This document shows, piece by piece, positions 51,080-61,312 of a stretch of 64,000 nt of DNA. Numbering within the stretch: the stretch's first letter is position 1; every line of letters starts with the position of its first letter. Made by a program: the position numbers and the translations under genes. Origin of the DNA: Candidatus Latescibacterota bacterium (GTDB taxonomy: Bacteria; Latescibacterota; UBA2968; UBA8231); NCBI GenBank assembly GCA_965215195.1, contig CBDCDC010000002.1:2304001-2368000 (forward strand). Reading direction: 5' to 3'. The notes beneath the pieces were generated by a model. The model worked only from the letters and a program-made list of their open reading frames with translations. It was not told where the DNA came from and made no database searches.

Positions 51080-52291
51080 ATGGCTGACCGCCCCAAAATC
51101 GCCGCCATCAGCACCATTTTCCACCAGTACTCCCACACCCAGCACATTGTCGACCGCTTCTTGGAAGGCTACGGCTGGAACGGCCGCCACCACCGGCCGG
51201 CCATGGACCTCGTCTCGCTCTACGTCGATCAGGTCAATCCCGACCCAGAGGCCGACCGCCCGGACCTGAGCCGCGACCGCGAAGCGCGCTTTCCCCAGCT
51301 AACGATCTACCCCACCGTCGCCGACGCCCTGACGCTGGGCGGCTCAACCCTCGCCGTCGATGGCGTCTTGCTCATCGGCGAGCACGGTTCCTATGGGCAC
51401 AACGAAAAGGGCCAGCACCTCTACCCGCGCTACGAGCTTTTCAAACAGATCGCCTCGGTCTATCGCACGACCGGCAAGAGCGCACCCGTGTTCAACGACA
51501 AGCATCTTTCTTGGAACTGGGAGTGGTGCCAAGAGATGTACGATATTTCGCACGAGCTCAATTTCGCCTTTATGGCCGGCTCTTCGCTGCCCGTTACTTG
51601 GCGCACCCCGTCGCTCGACATGCCCCTTGGTGCCGAGGTCGAAGAAGCCGTCTGCGTCTGCTATGGCGGCGTCGATAGCTACGACTTCCACGGGCTGGAG
51701 ACCTTGCAGTGCATGGTCGAGCGCAGAAAGGGCGGCGAGACCGGGGTCAAATGGCTCCGGGCCTACCGCGACGACAACTTCTGGCAAGCCCACGCCGAGG
51801 GCGCGTGGTCGCATGCGCTCTTTGCAGCCTGCCTCTGCCGCAGCCACACGCTCGCTCCGGCCAGACCCGGGTTCAACAATCCTTTCCCCACCATTGACGA
51901 ACTCAAGCACCTAGTCAAAAGCCCGGTCGCCTACCAGTACGAGCACACCGACGGCCTCCGCTCGACCATGATCCTGATGAACGGGCTAGTCGAGGATTTC
52001 AACTTCGCCGCTCGGCTCAAGGGACGGGACGAGCCGTTCTCGACCCAGATGTACTTGCCCATGCCCCCGGCCCGCACCACGCTCGCCAACTTCTTCAGCC
52101 CGCTGGTCAACAACATCGAGCAGATGTTCCTGAGCGGCCAAGCCACCTATCCGGTTGAACGCACCCTGCTCACTTCGGGCTTGGTCATCGCCGGCGTCGA
52201 TAGCCTCCAGCAAGATCAGACCCAAGTCGAGACGCCCCATCTAAACATCGCCTATCAGGCCACCGCAGAATCCACTTTCTGGACAACCTAG
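51080..52291 (+). CDS. Conserved hypothetical protein (distant oxidoreductase-like), paralog 1
   Basis: Shares SH.QH..DRFL.GY, IGEHG.Y, YPRYE, NDKHLS and AGSSLPVTWR with the next gene. Confidence 0.75.
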   Translation: MADRPKIAAISTIFHQYSHTQHIVDRFLEGYGWNGRHHRPAMDLVSLYVDQVNPDPEADRPDLSRDREARFPQLTIYPTVADALTLGGSTLAVDGVLLIGEHGSYGHNEKGQHLYPRYELFKQIASVYRTTGKSAPVFNDKHLSWNWEWCQEMYDISHELNFAFMAGSSLPVTWRTPSLDMPLGAEVEEAVCVCYGGVDSYDFHGLETLQCMVERRKGGETGVKWLRAYRDDNFWQAHAEGAWSHALFAACLCRSHTLAPARPGFNNPFPTIDELKHLVKSPVAYQYEHTDGLRSTMILMNGLVEDFNFAARLKGRDEPFSTQMYLPMPPARTTLANFFSPLVNNIEQMFLSGQATYPVERTLLTSGLVIAGVDSLQQDQTQVETPHLNIAYQATAESTFWTT

Positions 52292-52393
52292 AATGCCCCT
52301 GCTGTATTTGCGCTGCGAATCCCCTATTCTGCGCCCAGCTAGGGCACGCCCCACCCAACCCCCTCGCCCCTTTCTCTGGAGCTTTCGTCGCCC

Positions 52394-53575
52394 ATGGCCA
52401 CCAAACGCATCGCCGTCATCGCTACCATCTACCGCTACCTGTCGCACGCCCAGCACTTTGCCGACCGCTTCTTAGTCGGCTATCCCTACGGCGGCCGCTG
52501 GCACCGCCCCGACTGCAAAATCGCATCGCTCTACGTGGATCAGCAACCCGAAGGCGACCAAAGCCAAGACCGAGCGCGCGAATTCGGCTTTGCCGTGTAC
52601 CCCACCATTGCCGAGGCCCTGCGCGGCGGCGGCGACGAGCTGGCTTGCGACGCAGTGCTGATCATTGGCGAGCACGGCGAGTACCCCAAAAACAACAAAG
52701 GACAAGTTCTGTACCCGCGCTACGAGTTCTTCAAAGAATGCGTCAAGGTCTTTGAACAAGACGGCCGCACCGCGCCCATCTACAACGACAAGCACCTGTC
52801 CTACAGCTTTGACAAGGCGCAAGAGATGATCGCCGACGGGCACCGGCTCGGCTTCCCGATCTTGGCCGGTTCTTCCCTGCCGGTCACTTGGCGTCTGCCC
52901 GATGTCGAGCTGCCCTTGGGGTGCCCGATCGAAGAGGCCCTGATGATCGGCTGCGGCGGCTCCGATCCCATGGACTACCACGCGCTAGAGGCCATGCAGT
53001 GCATGATTGAGCGTCGCGGCGGCGGCGAGACTGGCGTCAAATCCGTGCAATTGATCGAAGGAGACGACGTGTGGAAAGCCGGCGAGGAAGGGCGCTATTC
53101 GCTAAGACTGCTCGAATCCGCCCTCTCGCGCAGCGACACCCCCTGCGGCAAAACCGACGAGGACGGCCGCACCCAAGACCTGCTCGGCAACGGCGAGTTG
53201 CCCCGGCTCGTCAAAGAGCCAGCCGCGTACTTTATCGAGCACAACGACGGCCTCGAGACGACCCTCCTAATGCTCAACGGCGCCATCCGCGACTACTGCT
53301 TCGCCTGCCAGCTCGCCGGCGAAGACGATCCCATCTCGACCCAATTTTTCTTGCCGCCGACGCCCAACGTCACGTATTCGGCCTGTCTGGTCGCCAAGAT
53401 CTGGGAAATGATCGAGACCGGCCGCGCCCCCTTTCCCGCCGAGCGCACCCTAATCGTCAGCGGCGCGCTCGAAAGCTGCCTGACCTCCAAAGTGGAGGGC
53501 CACAAGCGGCTCGCAACGCCTCATCTCAAGGTGGAGTACCAAGCGCCAGCCGCATCGCATCACGGCCGCTTCTAG
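52394..53575 (+). CDS. Conserved hypothetical protein (distant oxidoreductase-like), paralog 2
   Basis: Full-length similarity to the preceding ORF. Confidence 0.75.
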   Translation: MATKRIAVIATIYRYLSHAQHFADRFLVGYPYGGRWHRPDCKIASLYVDQQPEGDQSQDRAREFGFAVYPTIAEALRGGGDELACDAVLIIGEHGEYPKNNKGQVLYPRYEFFKECVKVFEQDGRTAPIYNDKHLSYSFDKAQEMIADGHRLGFPILAGSSLPVTWRLPDVELPLGCPIEEALMIGCGGSDPMDYHALEAMQCMIERRGGGETGVKSVQLIEGDDVWKAGEEGRYSLRLLESALSRSDTPCGKTDEDGRTQDLLGNGELPRLVKEPAAYFIEHNDGLETTLLMLNGAIRDYCFACQLAGEDDPISTQFFLPPTPNVTYSACLVAKIWEMIETGRAPFPAERTLIVSGALESCLTSKVEGHKRLATPHLKVEYQAPAASHHGRF

Positions 53576-53791
53576 TCAGCGAAGTCAACGTGTTCATCAA
53601 TGGTTTCGCTTTGATACGCCGCACAATGCGATTCTTCCCGAAATAGCGAATGCCCATGCACGAGGCGTGTCGGTTGAAACCTTAGTCGAGCGCATACGCG
53701 ACTCGGTTACGACAAACTCACCTAGCTAGCCTTTGCAATGCTCTATCCGCCGACCGCACGGTCGGTACCTACAAACGAAAGGAAATATCCT

Positions 53792-54814
53792 ATGTCCACC
53801 ATCCCCACGCGCCCTTTGCGCACCGGCGTTGAGCTGAGCACACTCGGCTTTGGCGGTGCCCCTTTGGGCGAGCTTTTCGATCCGGTCAGCGAAACCCAAG
53901 CCCAAGACACCCTGCAAGCGGCTTGGAACGCCGGCATCCGCTACTACGACACCGCCCCGTTCTACGGCTACGGCAAAAGCGAGCACCGCCTCGGGCACTT
54001 TCTCCGCCAGCAGGAGCGCGGCGACTTCGTGCTCTCGACCAAAGTCGGCCGGGTGCTCACAGCCACCCGCGACCTCGATTCTTTTGCGAAGGGCTTCTGG
54101 ACCGGCGGCCTGCCCTTTGACTTCCGCTTTGACTACGGGTACGACGGCATCATGCGCTCGTGGGAAGACAGCTTGCAGCGGCTGAGCCTCAATTCCATTG
54201 ACCTGCTGTTGATCCACGACCTCGACAGCTTCTTCCACGACAGCGAGCAGCGCTTCTCCGCCCATCTCAACCGCCTAATCACCAGCGGCTGGCGCGCCCT
54301 CAACGAGCTGCGCTCCCACGGGCTGATCAAGGCCGTCGGCGCGGGTCTCAACCGCATGGGGGCCATGCCGCGCCTGCTCGACGGGGTTGATCTCGACTTC
54401 TGCATCGTCGCCATGCCCTATACGCTCTTGGACCAAGACTCCCTCGACGAGGAGTTCCCGCTCTGCCAAGAGCGCGACGTGCGCATTGTCATCGGCGCGG
54501 TCTTCGCTTCCGGCATCCTCGCCTCCGGCCCGGTCGAGGGTGCCCGCTATGCCTACGACACAGCCTCGCCCGAAATCCTCGCAAAGACCCGCCGCATCCA
54601 AGCCGTCTGCCAGCGGCACGACGTGCCCTTGCCGGCCGCCGCCATGCAGTTCCCGTTCGGGCATCCCCTCGTCGCGGCGATTATCCCGGGGGCGCAAACC
54701 CCGGCGCACATCGAGACCAACGCACAGTGGTTTCAGCACCCCATACCAACGGACCTGTGGGCCGAGCTAAAGGCCGAAGGGTTGCTGCGGGCAGACGCGC
54801 CGACTCCATCGTAG
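53792..54814 (+). CDS. Aldo/keto reductase (D-threo-aldose/L-fucose dehydrogenase-like)
   Basis: LGFGGAPLG, DTAPFYGYGKSE, STKVGR, SLQRL...IHD. Confidence 0.9.
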   Translation: MSTIPTRPLRTGVELSTLGFGGAPLGELFDPVSETQAQDTLQAAWNAGIRYYDTAPFYGYGKSEHRLGHFLRQQERGDFVLSTKVGRVLTATRDLDSFAKGFWTGGLPFDFRFDYGYDGIMRSWEDSLQRLSLNSIDLLLIHDLDSFFHDSEQRFSAHLNRLITSGWRALNELRSHGLIKAVGAGLNRMGAMPRLLDGVDLDFCIVAMPYTLLDQDSLDEEFPLCQERDVRIVIGAVFASGILASGPVEGARYAYDTASPEILAKTRRIQAVCQRHDVPLPAAAMQFPFGHPLVAAIIPGAQTPAHIETNAQWFQHPIPTDLWAELKAEGLLRADAPTPS

Positions 54815-54821
54815 AGGCCGC

Positions 54822-54845
54822 GGGCGATTCGCGAATCGCCCCTAC
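54822..54845 (-). repeat. GTAG-type REP palindrome
   Basis: Minus strand GTAGGGGCGATTCGCGAATCGCCC: a GTAG tetranucleotide followed by a perfect palindrome, just after a stop codon. Confidence 0.7.
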
Positions 54846-54873
54846 GGAATCCCAAAGATAGAGGAGATTAAAG

Positions 54874-57800
54874 ATGAACCTTGCGGCCCTGAGCCAGCAA
54901 AAGGCATTTGATCACATCCTCGGACAGCACTACACGGTCTTTGACGGGCTGTCCGGGATGCACGTGGAAGACATCTACCAAGACCGCCGCGGTCTTCTCT
55001 GGATCGCCACGGCCGACGGCGGCGTAAGCCGGTTCGACGGAGCGCACTTTGACACTCTTGGCCTGTCGAATGGGCTGCCCCATCTCACGGTAATGACCAT
55101 TGCCGAGGACCAAGACGGGCGACTGCTGTTCGGTACGTTAGGCGGCGGGCTGGCCGCATACGACGGGAGCGGCTTTCAGGTGTACACCACCGAACACGGG
55201 CTACCTTCCAACGAGATCCTGAGCTTGCAACCTCAAGCCGATGGCTCGATACGGATGCTGACCGGCGCAGGGATAGGCCGGTTTGCTGATGGCCAGTGCG
55301 TAGAGCGCGTGACAGAAATTGCGGGTCATCCGCTAGGAGCGGTGTACGACATAGCGACCGACGCGGCGGGTACGACGTGGCTGGCGACGCGGGAGCGAGG
55401 GGTTCTTAGCCTAGATGGTCGGCGCATAAGCACAGACTCAGGCGATGGGGATGGCTCAATGCAGTGGCCTTGGAAATTCGCCCAAGGCCCCTCCGGGCCT
55501 CTTTGGATCGCCTTTCGCTACGTTGGCACCGAACCCGTTATAGGCTGCTATGATCCAGACAGCAAACAGCTCGAACTCATCAAGGCGGGCGACCAAGCCG
55601 AGGAGGCGGAGGTCATACAGCACGGTACGCGGCATGTGCGCTTGGACGATAGAGGCTTGCTGTGGATGACCCGCCGGGGCGTACTGGTGTACGACGGACA
55701 GGCCTGGCATCCATTCTCCACCCGCTTGCCCGATAGCCACTTTTCGGATACGCGGCTGACGTACGAGGACCGCGAGGGGAATATCTGGTTGGGGCTTTGG
55801 GGCGGCGGGCTGGTTTTTTGCGATCCGGTCAGCGTCCAGCTCTACACCCAAGCCGACGGCCTACCCGACTGCGAGGTCCAGTGTCTGGGCGAAGACCGCG
55901 CAGAGCGGCTATGGATCGGTACGATGAGGGGCCTAGCCTGCCGCGAAGCCGACCGGATTCGCCCAGTAGATCCAAGGCGGGCGGTCTCAACTCTGGTGGT
56001 AGATCGGCAGGGACAGGTCTGGAGCGGAAGCCCCGAAGGACAGGTATTCAAAGAGACGGGTGGAGAAGCCCAAGCGATTGAGGGGGCCGAGACGATCCAC
56101 GCCGAAGCAATCGCGGGGCTGTGGGAAGACCCAGCAGGGTGCCTTAACGTCTGCACGTCCGCGGGACGATGGGGACGAATCGAAGAAGACCGCTTTATGG
56201 CACTTGAGGAACGGTTGCCCCACGATTGCACGGTCATGCTGTCGGATGGAGCAGGAACCCTCTGGATCGGCCTTAATAGGAAATCATCGGCCCTCTGCTA
56301 CTACAAAGACGGCCATTTCCACACGCCTAATATGGCCGGCGTGGAAGACATTGCGGAGGTGAGTGCTTTGTGCGAGTACCAAGGCATCCTCTGGGTAGGG
56401 ACCGAGAACCACGGCCTGTTCGCCTTAGACCACGCTTCCGCGGAGGTCCGCCGGTTTACGGTGGATCAGGGGGCGCTGTCCGTCAATGGCATCTTAGCTC
56501 TGGTGAACGATCCGCAAGGCGGTATGTGGATTGGGACCAGCGGCGGGGGCGTCCTGAAGTACGATGGCCAGCTCTTCCACTGCATCCGGCTGGGACAGGG
56601 AGCGTTGGAAAATATCGTCGAGGCCATTCTGCGCGATAGCCAAGGCCGGCTGTGGTTCGGGACGCGGGCCGGTCTCATTGCTTATCAGCCCGGGCAGACG
56701 CCGCCTCGCATCCTAATCCGCCAAGTCGTGGCCGGGCGGACTTGGGACGAACCCCAAGCCGTGTCCTGCCCGGATAGCACCCCCGAGATTCAGTTTCACT
56801 TCCAAGGCATCAGTTTCAGGAGCGGGGCCGAGCAGATGCGCTACAGCCATCGGCTCGTCGGCCGCGGCCTAGCAGAAGAGTGGAGTGCGTTCACGTCCGC
56901 CAATAGGGCGACGTACCAAGACGTGCCGGCCGGCCTGTTCCACTTTGAGGTGCGGACCATAGATCGGGATGGCTTGATGTCGGACGTAGCTCGCCTAAAG
57001 GTGCGAGTGGTCCCCACTCATCTCCGGCGCTCGGAGCAAATGCTGCGAGTCTCGAATCAGGGTTTTCTCAGCCAAAGTCCGGCCATGGCACGGCTCCTCG
57101 ATAAGATCGAGTCAATGGCCGCAACGGACCTGACGGTGCTGGTGCTGGGCGAGACCGGGGTCGGCAAGGGAGTGCTGGCGCGGATTCTCCACAACCTCAG
57201 CCCGCGCCAAGCAAAACCCTTTATACCTGTCAATTGCGCGGGCCTGTCCCCCGGGGTGATCGAAAGCGAACTGTTCGGCCACGAAAAGGGGGCCTTTACC
57301 AGCGCGAATGCCCGAAAGATCGGCTACTTTGAACGGGCCAATGGCGGCACCTTGTTCCTCGACGAGGTGGGCGATTTGCCTTCAGAGTCCCAACGGGTCT
57401 TGCTCCACATCTTGGAGGAGGGCCACCTGACGCGCGTCGGCGGCGAGAAGTCCATCCCCGTAGATGTGCGAGTCGTTGCTGCGACCAACAAGGTTCTAGA
57501 AGAAGCCATTCAGGCGGGGGCGTTCCGCGAGGACCTGTTCTATCGGCTGAGCGTACTCTCGGCAGTACTGCCGCCCCTGCGGGAGCGTCAGGAGGATATT
57601 CCGCTCTTGGCCGCTCATTTTGCGAGCCGATGTGCCGAACAGCTAGGGCGGCCGACGCCGGTTTTGAGCGAGGCCGCGGTGGCACGTTTGCAGCAATATG
57701 CGTGGCCGGGGAATGTGCGCGAATTGGAGCATATAATTCAGCAGGCGGTCGTGTTGGGCGACAGGTACGTCATTCAGGTGGCCGATGTGCCGCTTCAGGC

Positions 57801-58017
57801 TACCGAAGCGGAGCCTGCCCTGCCTGTTGAACAAGGTTTCGACGGGGATGCTGAAGATGAGGACGAAAAGCAGCGCATTTTGGCGGCCCTCCAAGCCACG
57901 AAATGGCGGGTCTATGGCCCGCGGGGAGCGGCTCAGTTGTTGGACATGGGCCCGGAGAAGCTGCGGTATCGAATGCGCAAGCACGGGTTGCAACGGCCAA
58001 AGAAGCGGTCGCAGTAA
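54874..58017 (+). CDS. sigma54-dependent activator (bEBP) with N-terminal Reg_prop beta-propeller and Y_Y_Y domains
   Basis: Repeats GL...V..I.QD..G.LWI.T, then [46 protein letters not shown] and a Fis-type HTH. Confidence 0.93.
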   Translation: MNLAALSQQKAFDHILGQHYTVFDGLSGMHVEDIYQDRRGLLWIATADGGVSRFDGAHFDTLGLSNGLPHLTVMTIAEDQDGRLLFGTLGGGLAAYDGSGFQVYTTEHGLPSNEILSLQPQADGSIRMLTGAGIGRFADGQCVERVTEIAGHPLGAVYDIATDAAGTTWLATRERGVLSLDGRRISTDSGDGDGSMQWPWKFAQGPSGPLWIAFRYVGTEPVIGCYDPDSKQLELIKAGDQAEEAEVIQHGTRHVRLDDRGLLWMTRRGVLVYDGQAWHPFSTRLPDSHFSDTRLTYEDREGNIWLGLWGGGLVFCDPVSVQLYTQADGLPDCEVQCLGEDRAERLWIGTMRGLACREADRIRPVDPRRAVSTLVVDRQGQVWSGSPEGQVFKETGGEAQAIEGAETIHAEAIAGLWEDPAGCLNVCTSAGRWGRIEEDRFMALEERLPHDCTVMLSDGAGTLWIGLNRKSSALCYYKDGHFHTPNMAGVEDIAEVSALCEYQGILWVGTENHGLFALDHASAEVRRFTVDQGALSVNGILALVNDPQGGMWIGTSGGGVLKYDGQLFHCIRLGQGALENIVEAILRDSQGRLWFGTRAGLIAYQPGQTPPRILIRQVVAGRTWDEPQAVSCPDSTPEIQFHFQGISFRSGAEQMRYSHRLVGRGLAEEWSAFTSANRATYQDVPAGLFHFEVRTIDRDGLMSDVARLKVRVVPTHLRRSEQMLRVSNQGFLSQSPAMARLLDKIESMAATDLTVLVLGETGVGKGVLARILHNLSPRQAKPFIPVNCAGLSPGVIESELFGHEKGAFTSANARKIGYFERANGGTLFLDEVGDLPSESQRVLLHILEEGHLTRVGGEKSIPVDVRVVAATNKVLEEAIQAGAFREDLFYRLSVLSAVLPPLRERQEDIPLLAAHFASRCAEQLGRPTPVLSEAAVARLQQYAWPGNVRELEHIIQQAVVLGDRYVIQVADVPLQATEAEPALPVEQGFDGDAEDEDEKQRILAALQATKWRVYGPRGAAQLLDMGPEKLRYRMRKHGLQRPKKRSQ

Positions 58018-58071
58018 AAGATCGCGGATTAGAGGGGGTGCGGCTAATCTGTAAAAAGTCGTGCAAAAGTT

Positions 58072-58117
58072 GTGCAAAAGTCGTTCATTTGAACGGAAAT
58101 ATGAACGACTTTTGCAC
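58072..58117. promoter_or_regulatory. Candidate upstream activator sequence (perfect 17-bp inverted repeat)
   Basis: GTGCAAAAGTCGTTCAT-12 nt-ATGAACGACTTTTGCAC, with an extra GTGCAAAAGT direct copy at 58061. Confidence 0.7.
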
Positions 58118-58250
58118 GGAAAATCGTAGATCGACTTGCAACGCCATCTAATGATTGCCTTGCAGAGAGGTATTTCTCGCGATCTAACACCTTGTTTTTC
58201 AATCCTTTAGGTTCGTCCTAAAGGACTTTTTTTGTGCCTGACCTGATCGT

Positions 58251-58266
58251 TGGCACACAACTTGCA
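58251..58266 (+). promoter_or_regulatory. sigma54 (-24/-12) promoter
   Basis: TGGCAC-ACAAC-TTGCA, an exact consensus match, 50 bp upstream of the A24 peptidase ATG and downstream of a bEBP gene. Confidence 0.9.
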
Positions 58267-58316
58267 TTATATCGTCGTTGAAGGCGAAACCTCCTCTACC
58301 ATGAGGCGTAACGGAT

Positions 58317-59435
58317 ATGGAAGCGCTACTCAATGATTTTGGCCGCGTGTTTGCGTTGGAGCTACTGATGGTCTGTGCTCTTACCATCTGCGGTTGCTAT
58401 ACGGTCTATACGGATATTCACTTCCGCCATATCCCCAATGGGGCGAGTTGGGGCCTAGTGGCCGTAGGGTTGGTCGGCCAAGGTTTATTCTGGCTGTGGG
58501 GAGCGGTCGAACTGGAGCAGGCCGGCCTCGTCTTTTTGGTCGGTTTTGCCGTTAGTTACGCCCTCTATATCTATGGATTCTGGGCGGCAGGCGACGCCAA
58601 ATTGTTTTGGGCTTTTGTCTTGGTGCTGCCGCCGACGTGCTTCTCTTCCCCTTCCCTTTCCTCGTTTAACGCGCCGATTTGGGCCCTGCTGCTCAACGCG
58701 TTCGTGCTCACCTGTTTTGTCTTGCTGGTCTTGTGGGCGATGTTGCGTCGAGGTCGGTCCGCGGAAGCCACGGTGGATTGGGACGCCTCGCAAGGGCTGT
58801 CTCTCGGCTTGGAGTTGGCCGGCCTGATCGGGCTGGTGCTGGGTTTGGGCTCCTTCCTGCTGGGAGAGGCAATGACCTTTGTCGAGGTCGTGGTCGCTGT
58901 CCTCGTACTCTATCTACTCGTTGACCGCTTCGTGCCCCGGCGTTACCGGCTGACCTTGGCCCTGCCCGGTCTGATCTTAGGCGGCTACACGGCCTTGGCA
59001 TCTGGAGACTGGCCGATCTATCTGGTGCTGTGGATCGTCTCTTGGGGGGCGTTCTTCCTCTACCATATCATCCGGCATCTAGCTCCTCGGTCCTTCGTAC
59101 AGGTGCTGCCCATTCAGGCGTTGCGCCAAGGCATGGTGCCGCGTCTGGCGATCTATGCGGCGGATAGAGGAGGGGCCTACCGTTGTGGCGCAGAAGTCGG
59201 GCAAGAGCAGGACGTGCTGTGTCATCCCGGCCGGCCGTTGACGAAGGGGCACGTGCGGACGTTGCACGAAAAATCGGCGGGCGGTGCTTTCGCGCCATTT
59301 GGCAATGAGTTGGCAGTGGAACTGGCCGTCCCATTCGCGCCGATAATCGCTGTCGCTGGGGTGTTGACGGTGGTCTTGGGCGGGAGTCTGATCCAACCAT
59401 TGATCCAGCTATTCTCGCCGTGGCTGCGGTCTTAG
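58317..59435 (+). CDS. A24 (prepilin/preflagellin-type) GxGD aspartic peptidase with extended membrane C-terminus
   Basis: YTDIHFRHIPN and WAAGDAK carry the catalytic Asp residues. C-terminal L..GMVP and PFAP motifs. Confidence 0.82.
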   Translation: MEALLNDFGRVFALELLMVCALTICGCYTVYTDIHFRHIPNGASWGLVAVGLVGQGLFWLWGAVELEQAGLVFLVGFAVSYALYIYGFWAAGDAKLFWAFVLVLPPTCFSSPSLSSFNAPIWALLLNAFVLTCFVLLVLWAMLRRGRSAEATVDWDASQGLSLGLELAGLIGLVLGLGSFLLGEAMTFVEVVVAVLVLYLLVDRFVPRRYRLTLALPGLILGGYTALASGDWPIYLVLWIVSWGAFFLYHIIRHLAPRSFVQVLPIQALRQGMVPRLAIYAADRGGAYRCGAEVGQEQDVLCHPGRPLTKGHVRTLHEKSAGGAFAPFGNELAVELAVPFAPIIAVAGVLTVVLGGSLIQPLIQLFSPWLRS

Positions 59436-59445
59436 GGGGCTAACG

Positions 59446-60063
59446 ATGAATCGGGATAGAAAAGACCCTGTGACGATGGCCTTTGGCGTCTTGTTGGTCG
59501 CCTTGCTGCCGACCTTTTTCCTGTTGGCGAGCCGCTATCAGTCGCTCGACGAGCGCATGCGGCAGTTGCAGCCGAAGCCCTTTGTACCCGCGCCTTCCCC
59601 GGAGGACCTGTTGGCGCAAGTAAGCCACGTCGTATCCGACAGTACGCTCCATCTCCAACCGGTCTGGGCTGCCGAGCCGGAACCGACTTCTGGCCTCGTG
59701 GCCGACTACCAAGTCATGCGCGGCGACGAGGCGGTCTATCGGCTGGTGCTGTTCCGCTACGACATCGCTTGTCGTGTGTGCCGGGACGTGCTGGCTGCCG
59801 CCCTGTACGAGGGCGACACACTGGCGCAGATCCTCCTGCTCGACGAGTGGGAGGTGCGCGGCGAGCGGGTGGATACGGCGCGTTTTTTGCGCCAATTCGC
59901 CGGTCGCTTGATGGCGGAGGAACTGGCGCTTGAGTCCAATGTCGATGGAATCAGCGGAGCCACGTTTTCAACCGGGGGCTTGGTCGAACAGCTCAACACA
60001 GCCGCGGCGTGGGTGCGGGAGCATCCGCTGGAGACGCCTGCAAGCGAGGAGAAACGACTGTGA
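59446..60063 (+). CDS. Membrane-anchored FMN-binding (flavinylation motif) protein with CxxC
   Basis: N-terminal TM, CRVC, and VDGISGATFST (DGxSGAT). Confidence 0.78.
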   Translation: MNRDRKDPVTMAFGVLLVALLPTFFLLASRYQSLDERMRQLQPKPFVPAPSPEDLLAQVSHVVSDSTLHLQPVWAAEPEPTSGLVADYQVMRGDEAVYRLVLFRYDIACRVCRDVLAAALYEGDTLAQILLLDEWEVRGERVDTARFLRQFAGRLMAEELALESNVDGISGATFSTGGLVEQLNTAAAWVREHPLETPASEEKRL

Positions 60064-60599
60064 ACGCTCTCAGACCCACTCGCGGGGCTACGACCTTGAT
60101 TGTGGCCACGGGCGTCCTGTTGGGAGCCTGTACTTTCTTGGCGGCCAAGATCGTCAACCCCCCTCCCATTGATCCGCTCGATGTGGAGTTTTGGGATTTG
60201 CTGGGCACGCAAGCGGCTATACTGGAATTAGAAGATCTGGCGGGCACGGGCACGGTTTCTAACGCGCAGTTTGTGAACCAGCCCTATTTGATCATTTTCG
60301 CCGACTCTGAATGCAGTGCCTGCGAGAGCATCTATCCCCACCTGCTGCGCGCCTCGCAGGTACAGGGGGTGAATGTCCTGTTGATTGCCTCGGGCGACCG
60401 GCCGGCGATGCACGACAAAATGGAGGAACACAGTTTTGCGTTCCCCGTCGCCTTTGATTCCCTGTTGACGGCGAATGCGCCCTTTGAAGTAAAGGCTTTT
60501 CCGGCCTCCGTATTGGTGGATGCCGAAGGCAACATTGCCAAAGCCGCTACCGGTGACCAGACCGCCATAGCCGTAATACGCTTGGCTGGAAGGTCCTGA
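60060..60599 (+). CDS. Membrane-anchored thioredoxin-fold redoxin (TlpA/ResA-like)
   Basis: CSAC, FPVAFD, cis-Pro loop FPASVLVD. GTGA overlap with the upstream gene. Confidence 0.82.
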   Translation: MNALRPTRGATTLIVATGVLLGACTFLAAKIVNPPPIDPLDVEFWDLLGTQAAILELEDLAGTGTVSNAQFVNQPYLIIFADSECSACESIYPHLLRASQVQGVNVLLIASGDRPAMHDKMEEHSFAFPVAFDSLLTANAPFEVKAFPASVLVDAEGNIAKAATGDQTAIAVIRLAGRS

Positions 60600-60614
60600 A
60601 AGGATGAATGCACC

Positions 60615-61181
60615 ATGCAATATGTAACGCTCTTGCGTCGTCCGGTGGTGTGGACGGTGATGGCCTGTGCCGCAGTCGTGCTCTTTTTGGCGTTGCGTCC
60701 CTCTTCGTCGGCCATCTCGCCCGTGGTCTGGACCGAGCCATCGGCCAACCCTCTGTCCAAGGTGCTGCGATCGGGGGATGCTGCGCCGGACTTCGCGCTG
60801 CCGGCCGTGCAGGGTGGCGTTGTAGCATTGAGTGCGTTGCAGGGAAAGTCCGCCCTGCTCGCCTTTGTTACGGCGGAATGTCCCTATTGTCAGAAATTAA
60901 ACAAGGAACTCGAAGCCTTTGAACTGAACGCGGATCAACAACTCGTGTTCATCTGCACCGGGGAGGAGGGGGCGCGGAAGATTAGCGAGACCTATTCCTT
61001 TACGTACCCGGTGTTAATTGACTCGGCTGGCGCAGTCTCACAGGCGTACAAGACCCCCGGGGTGCCTACGGTGTATCAGATCGATACCGAGGGGACGGTG
61101 GTGGACTTCGTGTTGGGGTGGCCGCCGGCTTGGGAGTTTGTGCGGGGTTTTGGCCGCGCCCAGCCGAGCGAAGGCTCTTGA
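60615..61181 (+). CDS. Membrane-anchored thioredoxin-fold redoxin (TlpA/ResA-like)
   Basis: GDAAPDFAL, CPYC, YPVLID, GVPTVYQID. Confidence 0.88.
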   Translation: MQYVTLLRRPVVWTVMACAAVVLFLALRPSSSAISPVVWTEPSANPLSKVLRSGDAAPDFALPAVQGGVVALSALQGKSALLAFVTAECPYCQKLNKELEAFELNADQQLVFICTGEEGARKISETYSFTYPVLIDSAGAVSQAYKTPGVPTVYQIDTEGTVVDFVLGWPPAWEFVRGFGRAQPSEGS

Positions 61182-61228
61182 GGTAATTAGCTCAATGACC
61201 ACTACGGCCCAGAAAGGAGGTGTATCCC

Positions 61229-61312
61229 GTGCTCGCAGGTTTGATGCCAAGTCAGCGACCACAACGGTTCGCTGATCCTTTTCCGACCCTTTTGAGGAGA
61301 AATGCATTATGA
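61229..61312 (+). CDS. Putative 27-aa leader ORF coupled to the Cys-rich peptide gene
   Basis: Strong SD AAAGGAGGTG at 61213-61222, then GTG. Its TGA overlaps the ATG at 61309. Confidence 0.4.
   Translation: MLAGLMPSQRPQRFADPFPTLLRRNAL

Noticed and set aside
53576-53730. Possible antitoxin fragment (AHARGVSVETLV) in an intergenic gap
   Set aside because: Too short, with no start codon or RBS. It cannot be supported without a search.
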